Assembly (NCBI RefSeq): GCF_009834535.1
Contig: NC_045696.1
Location: forward strand, 8,930,001 to 8,994,000
Direction: 5' to 3'
DNA length: 64,000 bases
Source: Camelus ferus
Lineage: Eukaryota
A model generated the notes under the pieces. It was not told the origin of the DNA and made no database searches. It saw only the letters and a list, made by a program, of their open reading frames with translations. Of this stretch, positions 23,369-34,863 are shown one piece after another (positions within the stretch are counted from its first letter, which is position 1; the number at the start of each line of letters is the position of its first letter). The translations under genes and the position numbers were made by a program.

Positions 23369-25342
23369 GAACAAGCCAGCTTCATGCAACAATAGCGCCC
23401 TCTGAGCATTTAGAGGGTTGAACACATTCTAGAAAGTATTCGCTGGAATGACTGTTTCAATTCTACGCTGTTGCTCATACCAGAGACCTAGAAATGGGTG
23501 CGTCAGCTCAACTAATATTGCCAATTTGTTATCAGGTCACGTGAGACCATCACTGGCAGGCCGCAACGAGAATCTGGAGATTATTCCAACTCGGTTTCTA
23601 ACAAGCTCAAGCCCTTTAGACTTGACTAGGGGAAAAAAAAAAAAAAAGAATTTAGCACAAGTGGGAAAGACACCGAGTAATTAGTTAGAAAGTCTGGAGT
23701 GTGGAGAAAGGTGGTGATGTTTCTGTTTGAAGCTGAGTCAAGGCCAGGAGTGCCTGCTGTTTGCAGGATAGTTTCAAGAGAAGATTTTTCCCTAATTAGT
23801 TCCAAATTCACAATTTTCTGGAAGTAAAGGACTGAAGAGTACATAGGTAGTCTAGGACTTATGACCTTTCCTTCAAAACCTCAAGTGCCAAAGTCAACGG
23901 AGCCAGATCTGAATTTGAAAACATTCCCAGGATCAGTGCACAAGGTCTAAAATTAAACTTAATTATCATCGCTTCACGATGCTCTGTTAGAGGAAAGTCT
24001 GTGAGTCACCAGGAGGCGTCCCAGCTCAGCCTCTGCCCATCACCTACAAAGTGGTCCAGCCAAGACCGGTGACGCCATCGCCCGCAAGCAGACCAGGACG
24101 CTGTGGATGTGAGCCCGTGCCCTCACTTCAGGTGTATATTTTCCTAAACATCAAATGTGACAGAGTGATTTTCTTGACTTACTGTTGGATGCACCTTTTT
24201 GTATTTTAAGGATGTCCTTACCACACTAGCAGGGACCCTGCTGCTTGTTCACTCAAAACACCTCATGGGAAACTCTGAGAAATGCTTTATTTAGAAGCAA
24301 TTCAGCCAGTGACTCATGCAACGTTTTGCTTGTGTTTTTCTTCTTCAGTTCTCCTGCTACCATAAACATTTATATGAAGACAGGATATTTCGCTGCATTT
24401 CCAAAGTCCATCTGCCACAGCTGCTCATCCCCCACCTGAAGCCATCAACTTTCATGAAAAGAAAATATCTGGTTTTCTTCCAAAGGTTGATTAAGACCAA
24501 AAAAAAAAAAAAAAAAAAAAAAAAGACCCTTGATCAGAATTAACTGTCCACTGAGAGTCTCTCACCATCCTCCATAAAACAGTGGTGCTTGGTAAACACT
24601 GGAATCAGCCCTGTGGTCAGAGGTACAGTTTTAATTAGGTTAACAGTTTTCTAAGGCAAAGAAATCACCAAGCATTGTGTCCCCTTCATGGAGCAGTGAA
24701 AAATTATTCCTTTTCTTTTGGAGGAGCCTGGGGACAGTGGCAGGCAGTGTAAAAAGCACAGATTGACTTCCTGATCACATTTTCCTTTTAAGTTTTTCAG
24801 ATGTTACGTTTCAGCTCGAAAGTAGTCACTTGCTCAAAGGAACACATTCTCCAGGTCTAAGAATTCTGATATCATTGATTTGATTCCTTCTTGGCTCCAG
24901 GCTAGGTTTATGGGTTTTTAGATATTTGATAAGAAGACACATTTCATTTGTGATCCATAAGATTGCTTCCTTTGTACCAGCATCAATCCTCTTTCAATTA
25001 CAGTTTCCTAATACTTCCTTGCTTTAAAAAAAACAAATTACAAAAATTCCCTATTTTTGTTTTTCCTCCCGTACAGAGTTATCCACTTGCTTTTTAGATA
25101 CTTTTCCTTTCATGTTTCGATTACCCCTTCTCTCCAATGGTGCATGGTGCTGTCAGATTTCCCTGGATATTGCTAAGTCACTGAAAGAATTGGGTTTAAA
25201 AGGTCACTTTCTCCACTATGTCAATACAAAGTGGATGTTACAGATGATACCTTGTTTCAGATGTAGAAAATAGACCATACACATGGTTGCATGTCATCTG
25301 TCATTCGTTGGACCCACAGCCTGAATCTGGAAAGCCAAAGAA

Positions 25343-25602
25343 GGCAGTGTGATGCAGTGATGGCAAGTCGGGGCTCCAGAGTCAAGCCGCCTGGGTTCAA
25401 ATCTCAACTCCATCACTTACTCACTGTGTGAGCTTCGGAAAGGGACCCAATTGCTTGGAGCCTCAGTTTCTCCCTCTGTCAAATGGGCGTGAAAGTGGTA
25501 CCTACCACTTCCTTGTGTGGTCGTGAGTGGTAAAGAAACCGGTATTAGTGCTTAGTATTTGTCCCAGGGCAGGTACTGTGAAAATGCTACTATTGTTATT
25601 AT
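25343..25602 (+). mobile_element. Near full-length MIR SINE
   Basis: tRNA-like head 'cctgggttcaaatctcaactccatcacttactcactgtgtga', core 'gagcctcagtttctccctctgtcaaatggg', (TAT)n tail. Confidence 0.88.
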
Positions 25603-25849
25603 TGAAAGGTTAAGCCTACGGGGAGAGACTGGAGGGACTGGACAGGGAAACTTTGCACGTTGTGAATGATAAATGAATGAATGAATAGTGTTAAGATGTA
25701 TTCGTTGGAGAAATAGTTACTGAGCACTCAGTCTGTGCTGGGCACTGTGCTAGGTGCGTAGATATAAAAATCCAAAGTTACAGAATAATGTGCCCTAAGG
25801 TGGCTTAATCTTGGGAGGAGTCTGGGGGAGGGTGTGGGAGAGCAAGACC

Positions 25850-26020
25850 ACTGGGGGCAGAGAACTCTGAGTTTGAGTCCAGCTCCATCAGTAGAAAGGG
25901 ACTGGGCAAATGACTCTTCTCACCTGTAAAATGGAGATAATATCACCCTGTTAAGTTGCTACGAAAAGCAGCATAGAATACAGACTATGTACATGTTAAG
26001 ACTCAGTAAATACAAGATGT
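25850..26020 (+). mobile_element. MIR fragment
   Basis: 'ctgagtttgagtccagctccatca...cttctcacctgtaaaatggagataata'. Confidence 0.7.
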
Positions 26021-26384
26021 AGTAGAGTATGTGTTCACATGTTTGTATCTGTATGTGTACAGAGACACATACAGGGAAAGAGAAGAGTTAGGGTACAAGA
26101 TGATAGTCACTCAGCTTTGTTCCAGGTGGAGCTGAATGTCACAGTGAGGCTCCTTAGTCTGCCTGGAGAGTTCAGTGGGGGTCAAGGGGTATTGGCAGAA
26201 ACAACAAGGGTAACTGGGCTGCCTTTGCAGGACAGCAGACATGTCCTAGGGTGACAACAGGCCACTCAAATGCTGAGAGGCTGGAGGAATCGGTGGGTCG
26301 GGGAACGACCAAGGGTCAAGGGTTGAGGAACAAAGTGGGAGGCAGGGAGGTGGTAGGAATGATGCTGCTCAGAGAGGCAAGGAC

Positions 26385-26732
26385 TAGCTCACATCCTTGT
26401 CACAATGTCACTGTCTCAAGGAGGCTTTCCTGGATCACCCTGTTTAAATAATCCCCTCCCCAGCATCCCCTAGAATCCTGCTCTGCTATGTGTTTCTCAA
26501 AGCCATTGTCTATACCTTTTATACAAGCCACCTTCTAAATATATGTGTCCAATTATGTGTGTGTGTCCAATACACACACATGCATGATTTATTTTGTTTA
26601 TTGTCTGTCTTCCCTTGGTGGAATGAAAGTTCCATGAGAACATGGACATTGTGCACTGCTGTATCTGCAGCACCTAGATTGGTGCCCGACACCCAGTAGG
26701 TGCTCAATGAATATAAGTCGAACTGCATGGAT
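26385..26732 (+). mobile_element. L2a-like 3' end
   Basis: 'aatgtcactgtctcaaggaggctttcctggatcaccctgtttaaa...cactgctgtatctgcagcacctaga...agtaggtgctcaatgaata'. Confidence 0.85.
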
Positions 26733-27929
26733 GCAGGTAGTGAGCGGATAGCTTTCTCTGACAGGCAAAAAGGTGAGCTTATTCTTTGGCCAGAGAAACC
26801 TCGAAGAATTCTAAGCAAGGGAAGATGTGGTCATGTTTTCCTTTTGGAAAGAGTGACCGGCAGCGTCGTGGAGGATGGACTGTTGAGTTCTTCCAACAAC
26901 CTGAGCTGGCTGGACAAGGACCAGACCCGTGGTGGGGCCAGAAGTGGGGGGCCAGGTGAGAGGCTTGCAAGGCACAGCAGTCAGAACCGGACGACAGACT
27001 CGGGAAGACAAAGGGAAAAGCCAACAGTCAAGATTCCCTCAGATGTCTGCCCTGAACAAAGGAGCTTTATTCACTGAGAAAGGAAAAAAATATAAGTCGA
27101 TGAAGTAAAGGAAAAAAAATACTGCTCTTATTCCAAGAAGGATCGAGGGCTGCTCAGTGGTTGATGACTGATTGACTGAAAACATAAGGAAAGAAACAGG
27201 CTGGTCAGGTCCTATTAATAATTAAACCTATAGCTTTCTGAATTACTTGTGGTCTAACAAAGGCGATGAGACTTGAGAAAATGTCTTACTTAACAGGAAT
27301 GGGAAGAATTCAGCAACAAGTATCTGTGAAGAGCAAATAACTTCATAAAAAGACAGCATTTCCCTTGACATTATCATTATTTGCTTTAACAGGGTATGCT
27401 TTGCATACACAAAACTTTTCTTCTTGGCTATGAGCTCTGTATTCAGTCCCTATTCATTGGTATCCACAAGGCAAACTGAAGAACCAGGGGAACATAGGAA
27501 TAAAACCCAAAGGGTCTCCATCAAAATTTTTCTCCAAGTGTCGCTCTTGGAGGCAGATGTGGTGTCCCTGCACTGCCAAACCTGCATAAGGACCCATCCA
27601 AATGTACATTTACTATACAGCTTCCATAAGTAAATCTACAAAGAAGCCATCATGGCCAAGTCCTGGTTTGTACTAAATTTCTGGCCAGGTTTCTGAGCTA
27701 CTTCTGCTTTCTGAAGAAGGGTAGGATCCCGGGAGGTGATGTGTTTGATGTGGCTGGATGAGATCCTTCAATGGCCTTCCATACACTGAGAATGAAATTC
27801 TAGGCAAGGGCCCAGCAGTGGTCCAGCCTAGGCTGACCTGGCTCAGTGTGTAGCACTGTCTCCTGGTGGCTGGGCCATCTTAGAAACCAGCTGGTGTTTA
27901 GAGAAAAGGAACCTTCTCCACTGGTGAGA

Positions 27930-28075
27930 AGAGTACGAACATCTCAGCCTTTACTTCCCTCACCCATAAAATGCCACCCATTGGGTGTTGTGTTGAGAAA
28001 ATTAAGTGGAATAAGATTATCCAGCTTAGCATGATGCCTGAATGGGGAGGGGCACAATTAATAGTTACTAGTTTT
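27930..28075 (+). mobile_element. MIR fragment
   Basis: 'cttccctcacccataaaatg...gttgtgttgagaaaattaagtggaataag...cttagcatgatgcctg'. Confidence 0.6.
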
Positions 28076-29369
28076 GTGCTCCTGTTGCTGTTCAACCCTG
28101 TCTCTACCTCAGGGATGCTGAAACAGGTACAGGTGCTTAAGGGAGACGTGTCTAAATAGGCTCATAAGTGAACAAAAGTGGGATAAATGAAAAACTGCTC
28201 TGCTGAATATGAAGAGGACTTGAGCTTCCTGAAAGGGCTCGGTCAACATTCCAAACTGACAGCTTTAACTGAATTGTGTAAACAAACGGAAGCCAATTCA
28301 ACATTTTACGACCTAGTATGTGCTATTATTAATGTTTTGAAAAATGATGTTTTGTTAGAAGTATTTTCTTCCCTCTAAGTTGTGTTTTAAATAAAAAGTT
28401 TACTGTGTTCCTAAACATGAAAACACTTTGTTTAAAAAAAAAAAAACAACACATGATTCTGCAGTGGGAATCAATGAAAAATCTGGTTATACTCTTCAGA
28501 AATTCACTGATGCGAAATTTGGGAAGTTCCAAATTTAGTGGGAGGTTCTACTAATCAACAGTTACCAACATTGAGTGTCACTTTGGTCTTTCTCTCATCA
28601 ACTTTGCCAAGACTCAATATTTTTAAAGAAATCAGGCGTACATATTCCCAGTTATAGTTTTAAAAAGTCTATGATATGTTTAGTTTATTAATTTACAACC
28701 TCCAAGGCTCCTTTCCCCCCCCAAGCAGTTTCTCACAGTTGATTTCTTATGTGTTACTTCTCTTTTCCTTTATATCATAATATAATACCTTTTATAATTC
28801 AACCCCAAATCAAGCATCAAACACTGGCTATGTACTATGTATTGCCATACCACATAAATCTAGAATTCACTGTGGCCAGAACACATTTTATTCCTCTCTT
28901 TCCCTCCGTTCTCCAATTCCCGAGAGAATCCAGAAGAATAATGTCTGCTAGAAATTTTCAATTGGAGATCAAGTTGTTGGAAAAACACTCATCTCCTCTT
29001 ACTTCATTCCATTTGAATCTATGACTGTTGAAGTTTTCCACGTTCTTATACTGACTCAACAAATGTCCCCTAGGGTATTTCCATCCTCTAACCATTAGTT
29101 CACTCTCTTTGCTTATTCATTTCCAGTTGCTTCATGGACTGAGCCAGGGTATCAGTGATTAATGACTCAGTGCTATCTCAGGAATCCCCAGCACTTTCCT
29201 TATGCTGACTCACCTAACAGTTTTCTGTGTTCACCTGTTGGGAGAGCATGGCTGTGGCAGAGCACATGAGGCTCTGGGTGGCCAGAAGGCTCCAAAGACT
29301 TATATGCAATTGCAAAACTGTGATCTGAACACGGCTCTTTTGCCTACTTCTACTTTGACCTCTTTTTTC

Positions 29370-29495
29370 TCTTAAGTGGGTTCCTTGAGTACAAGAGAGG
29401 ATTTGTCTTAGTCATCTTTGAATCACCAGTGACCACCATGGTACCTGGGGCACAATAAAACCTCTGTGCTCAATAAATATGTATTGAATGATGGA
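29370..29495 (+). mobile_element. L2 3' end
   Basis: 'ttccttgagtacaagaga...gtcatctttgaatcaccagtg...gctcaataaatatgtattgaatga'. Confidence 0.75.
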
Positions 29496-29881
29496 ATAAT
29501 GTAGTAATCTTAAGATATCTTAAAGATAGTTATGTTGTATTTTGGGGATTGCTATGGTTGTAAATATGGAAAAGCCATTTTAGGAAGATAGAAACTTGTC
29601 AGTTTTCAGAAATGTATTTTAAAGTCCCTAAATTCTTGGGGTTACCTATAAAGAATGGGTATAACCAGAAAGTCACAAAACAGCAAAAAAGAGTTAACGC
29701 AGTTGAAGGAAACCTGCCTAGGGTTTCATCACCGTGGAGCCTGGTGATCCTTCTCTTAATCCCATCTTTACTGCACTGCTTTCTATATCTTTCTGCCTTT
29801 AGCATTCAACCCAACTCTTTTGTTCATTCTAACTTCTTTCTCCAAATACATGACAATGGACTCCATTAATAAGAATATGTG

Positions 29882-30423
29882 TGTATCAGGAATCCCCAAA
29901 ACCATCCCCAGATGCAATGATTTACCAGAACTCATGGGACTCAGCATATAGTCATACTCATGGCTACAATTCATTATAGTGAAAAGATACCAAGAGAAAT
30001 CAGCAAAGGAAAAAGGCACATGAAGGAAAGTCCAGGGGAAGCCAGGCACAAGCTTCTGAGAGTCCTCTCCCATTGGAGTCACACAAGACCAGCGTAATTC
30101 CTCCAGCATCGAATCGTGACAACACGCGTGAACTGTTGTCTACCAAGGAAGCTTGCTAGAGACTCAGTATCCAGGATTTTTATTTGGGGTTGGTCATGTA
30201 AGCATGCTCTCTCTCCAGCATATACCAAAATTCCAGACTCCCAAAATGAAAGCAAGAATTCAGCATCAATCACATTGTGTGTACAAATAGTTACTATCCT
30301 TCTCAGTTAGAGATTGGTGAGAACACTGCCAAAATCCTATTTCAAGATCTCAGCCAAGGGCCAACCTTGCAAGAAGGCCTTTCTGAGTCCCAGGTCTGCT
30401 ATATTATCTCTGTTCTGCACACA
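29882..30423 (-). mobile_element. MER21-like solo LTR
   Basis: 'aaatcagcaaaggaaaaaggcacatg...gtccaggggaagccaggcacaagcttc...ccaaaattccagactccc...cagccaagggccaaccttgcaag' match recalled MER21 antisense landmarks. Confidence 0.8.
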
Positions 30424-30569
30424 CGTGCACACCAAGTTCATCCCTTTTCCCAATTTTGGAACATTTCACACTCCCAGTGCCAGCTGTATAAGTAATTATG
30501 AAGCCCATTTCTACAGACACCAGTGCTAAAGTTGTCCATGGGGAAATCCACGTCCTACATCAGACACTT

Positions 30570-32320
30570 GAAAGAATGAGCATGGATGTGATCGCCCAGG
30601 AGCAACCTCTGGGCAACAACATTCCATTGATAAGCAGAAGAAAATGGGCCCAAGAAAGAGCTAGAAAGGGTAAAAAAGAGAGCCAGGAGATATAAAAGCC
30701 TGGACACAGGAAGTAAAGAGCTTCATAAGTGTGGATTTGAAGAACCTCTTCAGAATTTCAGTGAAAAAGTCTAACCTCCTTAGTTTGCTTCACAGAGCCC
30801 TCCATCTGCTTTGGGTGTACCTTTCCAGTCTTTTCTTTACTGCTCCCTAATCAGCAAAGTTAAGAGTCTCAAAAAGCCTGCAAATTAAGGACTGAACTTT
30901 TTATTAAAATTTTCAATAAAAAGATGACTGATTACTCACCAGGAGAACTATTACCACTGTTCAATGATAGAAGTCAGATTGGAAAGGATCAAGGAAGGTA
31001 AAGGAGGAAAGGGCATATTGGAAATATATGCTGCTTTGAAGAGGTGTAGACAAGACGGAACAGACAGAACAAGTTGGTGGCTAGATGAAAACCCAATCCA
31101 GGAAGAAATGTTTAAATTGGGAAAATCTGGACTCCATCAGTAGTCTGAAGAACAGAATGCAACTGAGAAGAGTTCAAAGATATGGGAGAGAGTAAGGATG
31201 ATAGATGAAAAGGACTTGAGGGTAGAGGAAAGAGATGCCAACAAAGTCAGAGCTTGTGGGCTTCAACAAGAAAGAGATGTCTCCTGGTTTGAAATGGGGT
31301 CATCAGTATCAGAGTTGGTACACAGAGATACATTTGCAATAAGATTGTGGACTAAACTGCGTATTCGTCTCAATTTTTTATGAATGGCAAGTTGGTCTAC
31401 CAAGCTTGAGGAGTCTGTATGAGACAGGGTTCTTGAGAAGAGTAATGAGGTTTTTAATGGACATGGAAGAGTATTGGAAAATTAGTTGCCCAACAATGAA
31501 TAAAAGAATTGACAGGTAGTGTTGAGAATCTGAGACATGAAATCGTGCATGTTCTTTAAAAGTCCTCCACCTCCACCACCTTGATCCAGGAGCCAAGAAG
31601 GTGGCTTAAAGCATTGGTTCAATACTGTGGTTTTGTTGAGTGAGTGTTATGGAAGGCTAGAGGGTGAAGAAATTGAGGGTCATAGTGATATTAATGATTA
31701 GGCTCCAAGGGAGGAAAAGAGATCAGAGAGGCTGATTCTGAAAGACAGTGAAGGCATCAAAGGGCATGGTGTAAGACTATGGAGCAGAGAATGCAGAAGC
31801 AGCGATAAAACCAGATGAACTGAACATTTTTTATCAAAAAGTAGAATATTTCTGTTTGAGAATTCAAGGATGGAGAGATTCTAGGATTTAATCCTGAGAG
31901 AGTGTGACTGAAAGGGAGTAGAGATGAAAGCCATTGTCGATGTGGAAGTTAAGAAGCAGAGAGCAAGGAAGGCAGGTGGGTCATCTGCTTGAACTCCAAA
32001 GTCACCGAAGATAAGGGTGGATCAGTGGATTTTGAGTAAAGACAAAACTTTTTCTTAGGCGTCAGATTCTTCAATGGATGTGTAGGGTTGGCTTAGAAAA
32101 TGGCAGGCAACTAAGAATAAAAAGAAGTGGGAAAGGATAATGTGAGGAGAAATTAGCCTCATTTGTAGTAAGGGCATTTGGAGGATATTGAAGTAATGGT
32201 TTAGAAGCCTCAATGGGAAGTCAAAAGAATATTTAATCCCACCTGACACCTGCATTCTTGAAAAACAATCAGCATTTTCTCTAGGGGCAGCAGGGAAGTG
32301 GTATAATGTTCAAAGAGAAA
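30570..32320 (-). mobile_element. Long, highly diverged L2 internal region
   Basis: Purine-rich antisense L2-like motifs ('atggatgtgatcgcccagg', 'aatttcagtga', 'gaagtcagattgg'); no intact frame. Confidence 0.5.
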
Positions 32321-33242
32321 ATAAACAACTCAACCAAACTGAAGTCACATTTTACCCTTAAAATGCTTATCATTGTCTTCATCATCCTGCAAATTAACCA
32401 ACAACAGATAATGTTGTTTTCTTTTTAGCAGTTTTAGTAATTACGTCAGAAACTTTAAAGAGCAGTCAGTATATATTTGTATTCAAGCCAACAAGATACA
32501 GACAAGCTTACATTTATGAAATCTACTTATTTTTAAAGTATGAATTACAAGCTTCCTTTACCTAACTCACCAATTAATTTCAAATAAATATTGAAGATTG
32601 GTTTTTAGTAAAAACATACATTTTGTAGAGTTTCACCTAAGATTTTATCCACTTGTCATGGTTTTGAGATAAGCAGTTTGATATGTAGGTAACTTTATTC
32701 TGGGGAAAAAAAAAGACTCAGATACTATAAATAGCATAAAGACTGTTGTGAACAACAGCACTTTAATAAATATTAAAATCTGGTTGGGTGTCACATAAGA
32801 TTAATGACTCATTATTTAGGATTGAACACATGTTAAAACTATTTGGCCACAAAGTAGCCCACTAAAATAGTGATGATATGAAACCAGATATAATCCAGAA
32901 GCAGTTAAAACATGGAAATATTTAATCTGTCCATCATTGAAAAACTATGATTCAATATTCATAATTCAAGATCCTCATGTTTTATGCAGAAATCAGTAAT
33001 TCTGTAAATCCTATGTGAGAGAACTAAGCCGTTTCAGATGTTATCCAGGTGTCCGTCTCAAAATTACTCCCTGAAATATTTTTAAAAGATATTATTCTAG
33101 AAAAGCAATGATTAGTATAAGAAGTATAGTAACTGACAGGTATTTTTCTCCTACTAGCATTATTATTTCTGTTGAACATATGGGGCCATTTAGAACCAAT
33201 TTCAGTTTCTCCAGAAGCACCATATCATACAGTTGTAAGAGA

Positions 33243-33482
33243 TAATAAAAATAATCACAGTGGCTGACATTTTTTGCATTTATGATGTCCTTGGCAGGTT
33301 AAATTGTCTTTATTTGGAGTATTTTATTTAATTATCACCAAAAAAATTCCATAAAACAAATGCTATTATTCTTTCCATTTTTAAAGGAGGTAACTGAAGC
33401 TCAGAGGGTTCAGTAACCCTGCTGACAAAGCTGTTGAAGGTCAGGCTGAGATTTGAACCCGAGTCTGAGTCTTTACTATCTG
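33243..33482 (-). mobile_element. MIR SINE
   Basis: 'tattattctttccatttttaaaggaggtaactgaagctcagagggttcagtaac...ggctgagatttgaacccgagtctgag'. Confidence 0.85.
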
Positions 33483-34695
33483 CCTGTCCATTTACAGGAA
33501 CTAACAGCCACGGACAGATCCTCGTGCTAGGAGAGCTGACACTCCTGCTAACCCTCCCTCTCTTTCAAGTCCGTTATCCATAAACTCAAGCTGTAGATCA
33601 AACTTCCTTAAAAGTCAGAGAGCATGAGGACATTTTTAATTCCTTAATGGATTACTTTTAGAGGTAGCATTTCTTTAATGATTTGTCTGAGTTTCTAAAC
33701 ATCAGGCAATGTTAAAAGTTGAAGGAAACTCAGAGTCCCGGAGCCCAGTTTCTCATTCAGTGCAGGAATCTCTTTCCTTTTCCTGGCCCTTCTTAAACTT
33801 TTAGCAGTTTTAACTTTGAAATTAAACATTATCCACCGCGGAGCTAGAGCGTGCTAATTTCTCTCTTCTGCATCCTGCTCAGTGTCCTCATTACAACACT
33901 GCTTCCTGCCTTGGCCCCTCCCTTTGTGCCTTCCGTATCTCGCAGCCTGATCTTGATGCTCTTAGCCCCGTAGACCTGTCATAGTTGGTGAACACTGAGA
34001 CCACTGCTACGGATCCGCAAGCACAAGAGGACGGTGAAGGGAATTGCTTTTTTAAATCCAGGCCTATCTGTTTCAGTTAAGATGGCTTCAGGCACCTGCT
34101 AAGCTCACATTATAAGACATTCAGAGGTAGACGGGTCCAGGGTCAGTTTGGGGCTCATTGAAGTCATCACAGACTCAGGCTCTTTCTCTTTTTCTGTGTG
34201 CCATCCTCTGGTTTCAAAATGGATACAGCTCTTCCAGAGATCACTGCAGCAACCAGAAAAGAGGGACAGGACCCCAGGGCAGTGCTTTGTAGTTCGGGGA
34301 GTGAAGCCGTCCCCCAGGTCCCACACGTGACCTCCTGTCAGGTCCCAGTCTACAGCTGACCGTCATGATCTCGCTGTAAATCTAACATCAGATATTTTCA
34401 GACCTGCTAGTGGAGGTGAGGTGTGTGAGCTAGTAGGAGTGTGCGGGGAGGAAAGAGTGGCGTGTGGGTAACCAATGTGGCTTGCCACTCTGCTAGCTGC
34501 CCCATGCTTACACAGCCTAGCTGACAGAAATGAGAACTTCATAAGTACTAAGACTTCCAGAGCCACAATTTCTAAGACAAATAAGCAAACACTGGGCTCT
34601 AGTTTAAATGGACTAGACCTGGACACATACCTATCTGACTCTAAATGGGCAGTCTCAAAAATTTTTAATTAAAGTGTTGATTAAAATAAAAAGTA

Positions 34696-34863
34696 TCCAT
34701 ACTAACTACTATATACAGGATAGATAAACAACAGGGACCTACTGTACAGCATAGGGAACTATATTCAATAACTTGTAAAAACTTACGATGAAAAAGAAAA
34801 TCTATGTGTATGATGGGATCACTATGCTTTATACCAGAAATTAACACGACATTGTAAATGTCG
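34696..34863 (+). mobile_element. 5'-truncated L1 3' end
   Basis: 'gatagataaacaacagggacctactgtacagcatagggaactatattcaata...accagaaattaacacgacattgtaaa'; candidate TSD taaaaagta at 34687-34695 / 34864-34872. Confidence 0.85.

Noticed and set aside
25660..25760. Tail-to-tail L2 ends as a miR-28/151-like hairpin origin
   Set aside because: The plus-strand tail is only a short (TGAA)n remnant with too little complementarity.
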